DNA from: an uncultured Rickettsiales bacterium
GTDB lineage: Bacteria; Pseudomonadota; Alphaproteobacteria; Rickettsiales; JABCZZ01
Direction of reading: 5' to 3'
NCBI GenBank assembly: GCA_964454545.1
Contig: CAYVTI010000009.1
Location: 2,830 to 66,829, forward strand
Length of the DNA stretch: 64,000 bases
Below the pieces are notes generated by a model. The model was not told the origin of the DNA and searched no databases. It saw nothing but the letters and a program-made list of their open reading frames with translations. The stretch's first letter is position 1; each line of letters starts with the position of its first letter. The translations under genes and the position numbers were made by a program. This document shows positions 19,461-28,724 of this stretch, one piece after another.

Positions 19461-20870
19461 ATGTATAATAACGGTGAAGTAAAAATTCGTCCGGTTATTC
19501 TTGCAGGAGGCTTTGGCAGGAGGCTGTGGCCAGTATCTTCCGATAACTGCCCCAAGCAGTTTGCAGAAATCATCAATGGGGTATCGTTTTTCCTTTCCAC
19601 TCTGAAACGGGTTGCCGATCCGAACATGTATGCCGCTCCCATTGTCCTGGGAAATGTAGAACACACGTTTTATATTCTGGCAGCGCTTAACCGCCTTAAC
19701 ATTACCAACGCCACCGTTATCCTGGAACCTATAGGCCGTAATACCGCAACTGCGGCAATCATCGCCGCCCTTCATGAAACCGATCCGGATGCAGTGCACC
19801 TGGTCATGCCCGCCGATCATAATATAAGGGATGATGAAGGCTTCCACAACGCCGTTCAGCAAAGCGTGAAGGCAGCCCGATCCGGCCATATAACGCTCTT
19901 TGGCATACAACCAGAATATAATGCCACAGGGTACGGCTATATCGTTCCCGGAAAATCGCTGGATGGAATGGCACTACGGGAAATCAGCATATTTCACGAA
20001 AAACCGAATGAAACATTTGCCAAGGTGCTTATAAACCAGGGTGCGCTCTGGAACAGTGGAATATTTTTATATCACCCGGATCTGCTATGCGAAGAAACAA
20101 GAACGCTGGCGCCGGAATATTATGAAAAATGCCTGGCAGCTGCAAAAAACGCCAAGCATGACAGGAAAACCATTCTGCTTGGCATGGATGATTATGTGAA
20201 TATCGAGAGCCATTCGCTCGACATATTGATCATGGAAAACACCAAACGTGGAGCGGTACTCCCCTGCTCTATCGAGTGGAACGACATCGGCTCATGGCAT
20301 TCCATATGGAAACTGGCAGAGAAGGATGAGAATGGAAACGCCATCCTGGGATCGGTCATTGCGGAGAATGTGAGCAACTCCTACATCCGCTCCGAAGGCA
20401 TATCCATCGCAGCCGTCGGCATGAAGGACTGCGTGATAGTGGCGACAAACAATACGGTGCTGGTTGCGCCATGCTCGCACGCAGAAGAGATAAAGAACCT
20501 GCACAGCAACAAGGAATTAATCAACGTGCAGAATTTCGGCAACAGGCCGTGGGGGACTTACCAGAACCTCGGCAGGGGAGATAATTTTCTGGTCAAGCAG
20601 ATCACCATATGGCCGGGATGTTCCATCTCGCTGCAGTGCCATTCTCACAGGGCGGAACATTGGGTGGTTACTTCCGGCAAGGCACGCGTGGAATGCGACG
20701 GAATGAAAAACATCGTATCACCGCATGAGCCTGTATATATTCCTAAAGGAGCAAAACATCGCCTGAGCAATATCGGCAATGCCAACCTTCAGCTTATAGA
20801 GGTGCAGACAGGCGATTATATCGGCGAGGATGATATCACCCGGTATGAAGATTTATACGGCAGAAGTTAG
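19461..20870 (+). CDS. manC: mannose-1-phosphate guanylyltransferase / mannose-6-phosphate isomerase (bifunctional, type II PMI)
   Basis: 469 aa. N-terminal PVILAGGFGRRLWPVS nucleotidyltransferase motif. C-terminal cupin with RPWG.Y and SLQCHSHRAEHWVV. Confidence 0.9.
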   Translation: MYNNGEVKIRPVILAGGFGRRLWPVSSDNCPKQFAEIINGVSFFLSTLKRVADPNMYAAPIVLGNVEHTFYILAALNRLNITNATVILEPIGRNTATAAIIAALHETDPDAVHLVMPADHNIRDDEGFHNAVQQSVKAARSGHITLFGIQPEYNATGYGYIVPGKSLDGMALREISIFHEKPNETFAKVLINQGALWNSGIFLYHPDLLCEETRTLAPEYYEKCLAAAKNAKHDRKTILLGMDDYVNIESHSLDILIMENTKRGAVLPCSIEWNDIGSWHSIWKLAEKDENGNAILGSVIAENVSNSYIRSEGISIAAVGMKDCVIVATNNTVLVAPCSHAEEIKNLHSNKELINVQNFGNRPWGTYQNLGRGDNFLVKQITIWPGCSISLQCHSHRAEHWVVTSGKARVECDGMKNIVSPHEPVYIPKGAKHRLSNIGNANLQLIEVQTGDYIGEDDITRYEDLYGRS

Positions 20871-20879
20871 GTTTACACC

Positions 20880-21470
20880 CTACACCGCAACGCGTGCTTT
20901 CATGGCCGCGCCCAAAGTGCCCTCGTCAAGGTAATCGAGCTCTCCCCCAATGGGTATGCCATGCGCAAGCCTTGATATGCGGACGCTGGACTTTGCCAGC
21001 CGGTCGGATATATAATGAGCTGTCGTCTGGCCTTCAACAGTTGCATTGGTCGCAAGGATGATCTCGCCTATCTCATAAGCATGCGCTCTGGCGATGAGGG
21101 ATTCGATGTTAAGCTGTTCCGGCCCCTTGCCATCCAGCGCGGATAACACGCCGCCCAGGACGTGATAGCTTCCGCGGAACATGCCGCTGCGCTCGATCGC
21201 CCACAAATCGGCGACTTCTTCCACAACGCAGATCTGCGTTTTGTCGCGCCTGCCGTCCGCACATATCGTGCAAGGATCGCACGTGTCAAGATTACCGCAG
21301 ATGCTGCAATCGCGGATATTATCACTGGCTTCAAACAAAGAGGTCACCAGCGGCGTAAGAAGTTTTTCCCTGTTCCTTATGAGATGGAGGACAACCCTTC
21401 TCGCCGAACGCGGCCCAAGGCCGGGCAGCTTTGCAAACAATCCAATCAGCGAATCAAGGGATGCCGTCAT
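20880..21470 (-). CDS. recR: recombination protein RecR
   Basis: 196 aa. [11 protein letters not shown] helix-hairpin-helix, C4 zinc finger C.IC....C.IC, Toprim region. Confidence 0.95.
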   Translation of the reverse strand: MTASLDSLIGLFAKLPGLGPRSARRVVLHLIRNREKLLTPLVTSLFEASDNIRDCSICGNLDTCDPCTICADGRRDKTQICVVEEVADLWAIERSGMFRGSYHVLGGVLSALDGKGPEQLNIESLIARAHAYEIGEIILATNATVEGQTTAHYISDRLAKSSVRISRLAHGIPIGGELDYLDEGTLGAAMKARVAV

Positions 21471-21520
21471 ACTATTTACCTCGGGCAGCTACTATAAATT
21501 ATATAGCGCTCAATATCCAG

Positions 21521-22555
21521 CTATCTTTCCTGCCATTTCTTTACGCGGCGCTCTTTTATACGGCGCTCATGGGTAACAGGGACGCTTTTCTTGCGGCGAT
21601 CCGGAATCTCGCCACGGCGGTCATGGGTAATCACAAGCTGCAGGGAATTTTCTACCTCGGCACTCTGTTCTTTCATGTATTCTTCGCATTTTCTCAGCAG
21701 TTCCACATTGCTGATTTTCCCGTCAATCTGCGTAAAGCATATATTGACCTGCGCCGTCAACTCCTCGCCATACACCTGCATGGGGCTTACGCCTATGGCC
21801 CAGCGCAGGCGGTTCAGCACCATGCGCGCCTCTTCCTGTGAAGCCCCGACCAGTATGATACCCATAGAGCATTCCGACAACGTGCCTACCGTATCCTCGG
21901 CCCGCAGCTTCTGCTTGAATATCCGGCTGATATGCTGGTGCAGCCGGTCACATATCTCCTGGCCATATTCGGTCTTGAGCCTTTCATAGTCATTAATGTC
22001 TACGACGGCAAAAGACGCGAAAATATTTTTATCGCGCACATAATATATGACCAGTTCGATATCTTTTATCATCGAGGAGCGATCCGGCAGTTCTGTGCGT
22101 GGATCTATGACCTCATGGCCTTTGAAATTTTCCTTGATAATGGCGCGGAACGCATTGGCGTCACGGACTTTTTGCTCATCAATCAGCACCAGATGGAACC
22201 ACGGGTTCCTATCAAAAGACTCTCCAGATATGATACGCAGCTTGAATTTGACTTCCCTGCCGTCACGCGTCCTTATCGCAAAATCACGCACCTTGCTCAA
22301 CACCGACAGCAAATCGCTCTTGTTTTCTTCGTATTCGATGAATTCATCAATGATGCTGCTTATGCGTTCCGGCAATATGAGGGAAAGCGGATGTCCCACC
22401 ATTTCGTCATTGCTATACCCGGTGATGCGCACGGCTTCATCGTTTAACGCGGCTATTTCCAGCATCTTCTTGTCGTTGTTCTGGCAGACGATAAAAACGG
22501 CATCCGACTTGCGGTAAGAATCCAGCACCTGACGTGGGTTTACTGATGTTGCCAT
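21521..22555 (-). CDS. PAS domain protein with degenerate GGDEF domain (RxxD I-site retained) and Arg/Lys-rich tail
   Basis: 344 aa. PAS-like N-terminus. GGDEF-fold blocks DPRTELPDR and VVDINDYERLKTEYGQ. The active-site GG(D/E)EF position reads SECSM (aa 227-231), preceded at canonical spacing by RAED (aa 218-221). Tail is THDRRGEIPDRRKK...THERRIKERRVKK. Confidence 0.7.
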   Translation of the reverse strand: MATSVNPRQVLDSYRKSDAVFIVCQNNDKKMLEIAALNDEAVRITGYSNDEMVGHPLSLILPERISSIIDEFIEYEENKSDLLSVLSKVRDFAIRTRDGREVKFKLRIISGESFDRNPWFHLVLIDEQKVRDANAFRAIIKENFKGHEVIDPRTELPDRSSMIKDIELVIYYVRDKNIFASFAVVDINDYERLKTEYGQEICDRLHQHISRIFKQKLRAEDTVGTLSECSMGIILVGASQEEARMVLNRLRWAIGVSPMQVYGEELTAQVNICFTQIDGKISNVELLRKCEEYMKEQSAEVENSLQLVITHDRRGEIPDRRKKSVPVTHERRIKERRVKKWQER

Positions 22556-22564
22556 AGTCCTCCG

Positions 22565-24343
22565 CTAAACCGTTATATCTCCGTCCAAGAAAGCATGTGC
22601 GCGGTAATTAAAATCCTCTATCGCCGCCGTATTGTCAAATGATATATCATTGTTCATGCGCAGCGCGACCCCGGCGCTGAGATTTTCCAGCTGATACACC
22701 TTCCCTAGAGCAGAAAGGATTGCAGGCATAAAGGGTATTCGGATGAATTTCACCGGCTTGCCGATATATTCAAATAATTTTGTACACATCTCACGGTAGG
22801 TGACATTGCTTCCACCACCGATATTATAAATTTTATTATAGGTCTGAGGTTTTTCCAGCGTGGCAAATGCGGCTTCCACAGCATCTTTCACCTGTACCGG
22901 ATTTCTGAGCCCCTTCCCTTCGCGGTAAATCGCCATAAAGCCATAGCGCTTTATAACGTTGGCAATCGCCGTTATATTGTCGTCGAGTCCGACACCATAC
23001 GGCATCATAAGGTTAAGTATGGTAACATCCCGCCCCTGCTCCTGCCCTACGCGTATAATTTCCTTTTCTGCATTCATCTGTTTTTCGTCAGGCGGCAGAT
23101 CGGTTCCGAACGCTACTACGCGCTTCAAGTCAGGATGCAGGGCGGGAAGCAGGTCCGGCAAACGCGCCAGCGGCTCTGCATGGAGCAATATGTCCGCCCT
23201 CATGATAAGAAATTCCGACATGTCCCTTTTTTTTCCGGGCTTATATTGTTTCCATTCAAGATTGGGATGAGAAAATAACACATGGCGATCCGCATATACC
23301 GCTATCACCCTTGCGCCTGCGGCCAGCGCCTTACCAATAGCCGCCATGCCAGTCTGTGTTGCGCTTCCGGTGACTATGATGGTTCTGTCTGCAAGAGAAC
23401 CGCCCTGCGTTTCAAGCCGGATTACTCCATGCAGAAGCGCCAGCGCGGCAATTTCGCGCTTCGCTTCCATAGGAGACACGAACAGGCTGTCAATTTTTCC
23501 CATTACAATCTTGAGCCACAGGCGCAAGAATATTCCGGCCTTCACCACCTTCAGGAAAATGGGAGAATGCTGCGTTGCAAAATGCTTCTGCAGGTATCGG
23601 ACAAATCCCTTCGCCTTATGTTTCTCGATGAAGGAACTGGTAACATCGCTGGTGCTGCGGAAGTGAATGACCTTGACCCCGGGAACGCATATAACCTTGC
23701 CGCCAGCCTGGTGCACACGGTAACAGAAATCCATATCTTCCATATGAAGGAAATAGCCTTCGTCAAACCCTCTCAAGCGCTGATAGAAAGAGCGGGAAAG
23801 AAACATGAAGGCGCCTGATATGGCCGGAACTTCGTGTGTTTCTTCCGGCATAGGGATGGTATGGTAATTAAGGTTGTCAGATTTTTTCAGGAAGCGGTTA
23901 AGCCCCAGGCTTTCGGAAATCCCGTTCAACGGGGTAAGGAGCGCGCGCCTGCCGCCGCGCTGTTCGCTGCCATCGGGATTTATTAGGTAGCAGCCGGCAA
24001 GCGTATTTTCAGGATATCTTTCCACCTCTAAGAACAATGCCGCCAGAGCACCCGCCGGAAGCATGCTGTCAGGATTGAGCAGCAGGACATGATCACCCGC
24101 CGCCTGCGCGACGCCCAGATTGTTACCCTTACCGAAACCGACATTGCCATGCCCGGATAATAACTTGACTCGCGGCTCCCTTACCGTAAGCGCACGCAGC
24201 CTTTCTTTCTCACCCGGAAGATTGCCGTTATCGACTACAATAACTTCCAGGCATTCAGGCTGCTGCAGAACCGAAGCTATGGCAAGCCATAAAGTGGGTC
24301 CAGTATGATAACTAACGATGATTACGCTTACGGATGCACTCAT
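22565..24343 (-). CDS. family 2 glycosyltransferase fused to an atypical NAD(P)-binding epimerase/dehydratase-like domain
   Basis: 592 aa. N-terminal VSVIIVSYHTG...VVDNGN...LLLNPD GT2 pattern. C-terminal half has a Rossmann-like IIVTGSATQTG start and an extended-SDR-like region (YNIGGG). Confidence 0.75.
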   Translation of the reverse strand: MSASVSVIIVSYHTGPTLWLAIASVLQQPECLEVIVVDNGNLPGEKERLRALTVREPRVKLLSGHGNVGFGKGNNLGVAQAAGDHVLLLNPDSMLPAGALAALFLEVERYPENTLAGCYLINPDGSEQRGGRRALLTPLNGISESLGLNRFLKKSDNLNYHTIPMPEETHEVPAISGAFMFLSRSFYQRLRGFDEGYFLHMEDMDFCYRVHQAGGKVICVPGVKVIHFRSTSDVTSSFIEKHKAKGFVRYLQKHFATQHSPIFLKVVKAGIFLRLWLKIVMGKIDSLFVSPMEAKREIAALALLHGVIRLETQGGSLADRTIIVTGSATQTGMAAIGKALAAGARVIAVYADRHVLFSHPNLEWKQYKPGKKRDMSEFLIMRADILLHAEPLARLPDLLPALHPDLKRVVAFGTDLPPDEKQMNAEKEIIRVGQEQGRDVTILNLMMPYGVGLDDNITAIANVIKRYGFMAIYREGKGLRNPVQVKDAVEAAFATLEKPQTYNKIYNIGGGSNVTYREMCTKLFEYIGKPVKFIRIPFMPAILSALGKVYQLENLSAGVALRMNNDISFDNTAAIEDFNYRAHAFLDGDITV

Positions 24344-24417
24344 TTTTCTATTTCAAATATTGGATAAACAAGCCTAGAATGTAGATTCAATCAGTGAAAT
24401 ATCAATAACAATTTCTT

Positions 24418-27400
24418 ATGACCTACGATCAACATATAGCTTCCAATCCTGAAATTTCCGTCTGGGTATCGGCGAGCGCGGGAACCGGCAAGACCAAAGT
24501 GCTTACCGACCGGGTCCTGCGCCTGCTGCTTACGGGTTGCAGGCCTGATAAAATTCTCTGTATCACCTACACCAAGGCTGCCGCCGCCGAAATGAAGCAC
24601 CGAATCGGAGCGCAGCTAGGCGCATGGGCCATTATCAGCGATCAGGAACTACGGGAAAAGCTGGCCGGTCTGACTGGAAGCGATCCGGATGCGGATACGG
24701 CAAGAAGGGCAAGGCAGCTCTTCGCCCTCGTGATGGATGCGCCGGAATTCAGGATACAGACCATCCATAGTTTTTGCCAGTCATTGCTCAAGCGATTCCC
24801 GCTGGAAGCCAATATTGCGCCGCATTTCACCCTCATTGACGGACATACATCGTCAGAGCTGCTGCAGGAAGCGAAGAAACGGCTATTCAGCGAAGCAGGC
24901 AACAGCGAATGCTCTAAAGCCATCGAGGCATTGGCCGGAAGTATAAGCGAAGCTGCGTTTGACGAACTCATCGCGTGCATCGTAAGAGACCGGAGCAAAT
25001 TCACCTCCTGGCTTAACGCAGAAGCGGGAGCAGCCAGCCTTCAGAAAAAGATTCTTGAGAAGGCGGGTTTTACTTACGGCACTACGGAAAAAGAAATATT
25101 CGGCAGGCATTTCGCCTATGGCGCGGAAGAGACAAACCTGTTGAGACAGGCGTGCGCGGCACTTGCAAAAAGCAACGGCAAGTCTGACATCACCATGCTC
25201 AATGCATTGCAGGTTTGGCTCGAAGCTTCACCGGATTTAGGTAGATGTAAGTCCTATAGCAAGGCATTCCTTACGGAGAAGAGCGAGCCGCGCAAAACCC
25301 TATGCACGCAGGCGGCAAAAAAACTTCTGCCCAATCTTGAAGATATATTGCGCAGGGAACAGGAACGTGTTACCGCCTTTGCTGCAAGACAACGTTCCTT
25401 CCATACCATTCAGGCAACCGGTCATATGATAGTCCTTGCCGAGATGCTGCTTGGTATTTATCACAGCCTCAAGGATGCGCATGGCTACATGGATTATGAC
25501 GACATCATATTCTATGCCGTCAGCCTCTTGCATAAGAAAGGCGCCGCTGCATGGGTGCTTTATAAACTTGACGGCGGCATCGACCACCTGCTTATTGATG
25601 AAGCGCAGGATACCGGTCCAGAGCATTGGAAGCTGGTGGAGGCGCTTACGAGCGAATTTTTCGCGGGCGAAGGCGTGAATAAAGCCAGGCGCAGCTTGTT
25701 TGTCGTGGGTGACAGCAAGCAGTCGATATTCAGCTTCCAGGGTGCCGATCCGCTCGGGTTCGACAGGATGCAGAGCCAGCTCCGCAAGCGCATCACATCC
25801 GCAGGAATGGAATTCCGTAATGTCAATCTCGCCCTTTCTTTTCGCTCGACCGAACCTGTTTTGCAAGCGGTTGATGAAGTATTTCTACAGCCCGCCGCAC
25901 GTGACGGACTTATTTTTTCGGAAAGCGACATAAGCCATGCGGCGCACAGGAAAGGCATGGCAGGCAGGGTCGAGCTATGGCCACTCATGGAAGCGGGAGA
26001 GACGGAAGATGCACCCGCATGGCATGTATATGATAAACCCTTCCTTTCCGTAAAACCGGAAACCCTCCTTGCCAATGAGATTGCCCTTACGATTAAAGGA
26101 TGGCTGGACAATAAGCGAAAAATCCTGTCGCAAAATCGGCCGCTCTCCGCCGGGGATATATTGATACTGGTGCAAAGGCGCGGGACATTTACCAACGCGA
26201 TGCTGCGCGCGCTCAAGCAGCACAATATCAACGTCGCCGGTTCGGATAGGCTCATACTAACAAGCCATATCGCCGTGGAAGACTGCATTGCGCTCGCCCA
26301 TTTCCTGCTGCTGCCGCAGGACGACATGACACTCGCCACCGTGCTTAAATCGCCTTTCATAGGATTGTCCGAAGAAGAATTATTTGAACTTGCCTATGAC
26401 AGGAGAGAACATGCCCTCTGGCAAAGGCTTAAAGACTTTGCTTTTACCCCCGGGGGGAGGAGAGATGTGGCGAAGCCATATCAGGAGGGGGTGATTTATC
26501 ATTCCGCCTATACATTTCTCTCCGATCTGCTTGCCAAAGTAGATTACCTGCCGCCTTATGAACTCTTCGCGCATATACTGGAAACGCTTGAGGGACGAAA
26601 GAAACTGGCAGCACGCCTGGGTACGGAAATTTACGATCCGCTGAATGAATTCCTGTCGCATGCATTGCAATACAGCAACATGCATGCCCCTTCGCTACAG
26701 GGATTCCTGCACTGGCTGCAATCCGGCGAGAGCGAGATAAAGCGCGATATGGAAAAAGCGAAAGACGAAGTGCGAATCATGACGGTGCATGGCGCGAAAG
26801 GACTGCAAGCGCCTATAGTCTTTCTGCCCGATACCACGCGCCTGCCGCAACCCGAGGCCGGGATATTATGGTCGGATACGGATCACGTTCCGCTTTGGTC
26901 ACCCCATGCGGATTATGAGGATGAGCATTACCGCGGCCTGAAAGAACGGATAAAGCTGCAGAAGGAACGTGAATACAGGCGACTGCTTTACGTGGCCATG
27001 ACGCGCGCCGAAGATGAGCTTTATATCTGCGGCTGGAAAGGAAAAAAACAAGTGGCGGAAAAATGCTGGTATGAGCTCATACGGCAGGGAATAAGCGGAA
27101 ACTGGAAAGAAGAGAATGGAAAGATGGCGCTGCGCTCTGAACAGACGGAACCGCCAAAATCTGCCATAGCAGACATAAAGCGGAAAAGCAGTGCAACGCT
27201 TCCTGCATGGATTAACACCCCACCTGCTTCTGAACCTGCCGCGTCCCGGCCGCTTGCGCCTTCACGGATGGAAGCGCCTGCAAAAGCGCTGTCGCCCCTG
27301 CAGGATCAGGCCACACGCACGAAAGGGCTGCTTATTCACAGGCTGTTGCAATACATACCTGATATCGCGCCAGAAATGCGGGCTGCAACCATCGAGGATT

Positions 27401-27801
27401 TCATTGGCAGATATAGCAGGGATTTCAACAAAAGCACGAGGGAAAGAATAAGCCGCGAAGTTATGGATATTATAGAGCATCCCGATTTTGTACCGATATT
27501 CTCTCCGGACTCGGTGGCGGAAGCTCCCATCTCTGGCATAGTCCATGATAAGGAAGGAAACCCCATAGTCATATCAGGACAGATTGACCGGCTGGCGGTA
27601 ATTGGCGACAAAGTCTATGTCATCGATTATAAATCGAATGCACAGCCGCCTGAGCGTGAACAGGAAGTCCCGCCAGCCTACCTGAAACAGATGGAGGCCT
27701 ATAAAAAACTGGTGGCCCGGATTTATCTTGAAAAAACCATCTATTGCGGCCTGTTGTGGACCACCATACCCAAACTTATGTTTCTCACTGATTTATCTTG
27801 A
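24418..27801 (+). CDS. addA: double-strand break repair helicase AddA (UvrD-type helicase plus PD-(D/E)XK nuclease)
   Basis: 1127 aa. Walker A SAGTGKTKVL, LIDEAQDT, VGDSKQSIFSFQGA, TVHGAKGLQAP. C-terminal nuclease block IDRL....V.VIDYKS. Confidence 0.9.
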   Translation: MTYDQHIASNPEISVWVSASAGTGKTKVLTDRVLRLLLTGCRPDKILCITYTKAAAAEMKHRIGAQLGAWAIISDQELREKLAGLTGSDPDADTARRARQLFALVMDAPEFRIQTIHSFCQSLLKRFPLEANIAPHFTLIDGHTSSELLQEAKKRLFSEAGNSECSKAIEALAGSISEAAFDELIACIVRDRSKFTSWLNAEAGAASLQKKILEKAGFTYGTTEKEIFGRHFAYGAEETNLLRQACAALAKSNGKSDITMLNALQVWLEASPDLGRCKSYSKAFLTEKSEPRKTLCTQAAKKLLPNLEDILRREQERVTAFAARQRSFHTIQATGHMIVLAEMLLGIYHSLKDAHGYMDYDDIIFYAVSLLHKKGAAAWVLYKLDGGIDHLLIDEAQDTGPEHWKLVEALTSEFFAGEGVNKARRSLFVVGDSKQSIFSFQGADPLGFDRMQSQLRKRITSAGMEFRNVNLALSFRSTEPVLQAVDEVFLQPAARDGLIFSESDISHAAHRKGMAGRVELWPLMEAGETEDAPAWHVYDKPFLSVKPETLLANEIALTIKGWLDNKRKILSQNRPLSAGDILILVQRRGTFTNAMLRALKQHNINVAGSDRLILTSHIAVEDCIALAHFLLLPQDDMTLATVLKSPFIGLSEEELFELAYDRREHALWQRLKDFAFTPGGRRDVAKPYQEGVIYHSAYTFLSDLLAKVDYLPPYELFAHILETLEGRKKLAARLGTEIYDPLNEFLSHALQYSNMHAPSLQGFLHWLQSGESEIKRDMEKAKDEVRIMTVHGAKGLQAPIVFLPDTTRLPQPEAGILWSDTDHVPLWSPHADYEDEHYRGLKERIKLQKEREYRRLLYVAMTRAEDELYICGWKGKKQVAEKCWYELIRQGISGNWKEENGKMALRSEQTEPPKSAIADIKRKSSATLPAWINTPPASEPAASRPLAPSRMEAPAKALSPLQDQATRTKGLLIHRLLQYIPDIAPEMRAATIEDFIGRYSRDFNKSTRERISREVMDIIEHPDFVPIFSPDSVAEAPISGIVHDKEGNPIVISGQIDRLAVIGDKVYVIDYKSNAQPPEREQEVPPAYLKQMEAYKKLVARIYLEKTIYCGLLWTTIPKLMFLTDLS

Positions 27802-27824
27802 TAATTCTCTATACAATCAACTAT

Positions 27825-28724
27825 TTATGCCTTCGCCAACGGGTGATGTTCGGTCACTAGTTTGGCCAGCCGGTCTTTTTCTATATGCGTATAGACCTGC
27901 GTCGTCGAGATGTCGGCATGTCCCAGCAGTTCCTGTATCACGCGCAGGTCGGCTCCACCGGCAAGAAGATGGCTGGCAAAAGAATGGCGCAGCGTATGAG
28001 GAGAGACCTTTTCCGGGTCAAGCCCGGCAGCAAGCGCAACTTCCTTCAGCATCTGCCCGAAACGCTGGCGGGTGATGTGCCCTTCCTTGCCGCGGGAAGG
28101 AAAAAGCCACGCCGATTCATCTTTTCTCGTTTTAATGTATGTATCCAGCGCGGCAAGCGCCTTATCATGCAGCGGAACAATACGCTCCTTATCTCCTTTA
28201 CCACGCACCATGAGGAAATGGCGATCATACGCCTTGACCTTCTGCAAGGCAGCAAGTGGCAAAGTCACCAGTTCCGAAACCCTGAGACCCGACGCGTAAA
28301 GCAGTTCCAGCATGGCAACCATGCGCACGTCACCGGATTTTTCCGCCACCGCTATCATTGTGGTAATGTCATCCGCAGAAAGACTTTTGGGCAGGTTGCG
28401 CGGCTGTTTTGGCGTATCAAGGATAACCGCAGGATTGTCCTTCCTGATTTCTTCGGTATAGAGAAAACGGAAGAATTGCCTGAGGCTGGAAATACGCCTT
28501 GCGATCGTCTTAGGCGACATATCGTTCCTGGCAAGCGTCCTGACATAGGCTTCAAGCAACGCCTTATCCGCATCCTTAAGGCAGGATTTGCGCCTGGAAA
28601 AATAAGCGGCAGCCTCGCTTAAATCGCGCTGGTAGGATTCCACCGTATTGCGCGCCGCTCCCCGTTCCGCAACCATCATTTCAAGGAATGATTCAATGAG
28701 CGTTATGTCACTAATGTCTGGCAT
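27825..28724 (-). CDS. xerD: site-specific tyrosine recombinase XerD
   Basis: LIESFLEMMVAERGAARNTVESYQRDL N-terminal domain. Catalytic HTLRHSFASHLL...LLGHADISTTQVYTH. Start set at internal Met (28724) to remove a 100-nt overlap with the upstream gene. The ORF opens at 28811. Confidence 0.9.
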   Translation of the reverse strand: MPDISDITLIESFLEMMVAERGAARNTVESYQRDLSEAAAYFSRRKSCLKDADKALLEAYVRTLARNDMSPKTIARRISSLRQFFRFLYTEEIRKDNPAVILDTPKQPRNLPKSLSADDITTMIAVAEKSGDVRMVAMLELLYASGLRVSELVTLPLAALQKVKAYDRHFLMVRGKGDKERIVPLHDKALAALDTYIKTRKDESAWLFPSRGKEGHITRQRFGQMLKEVALAAGLDPEKVSPHTLRHSFASHLLAGGADLRVIQELLGHADISTTQVYTHIEKDRLAKLVTEHHPLAKA

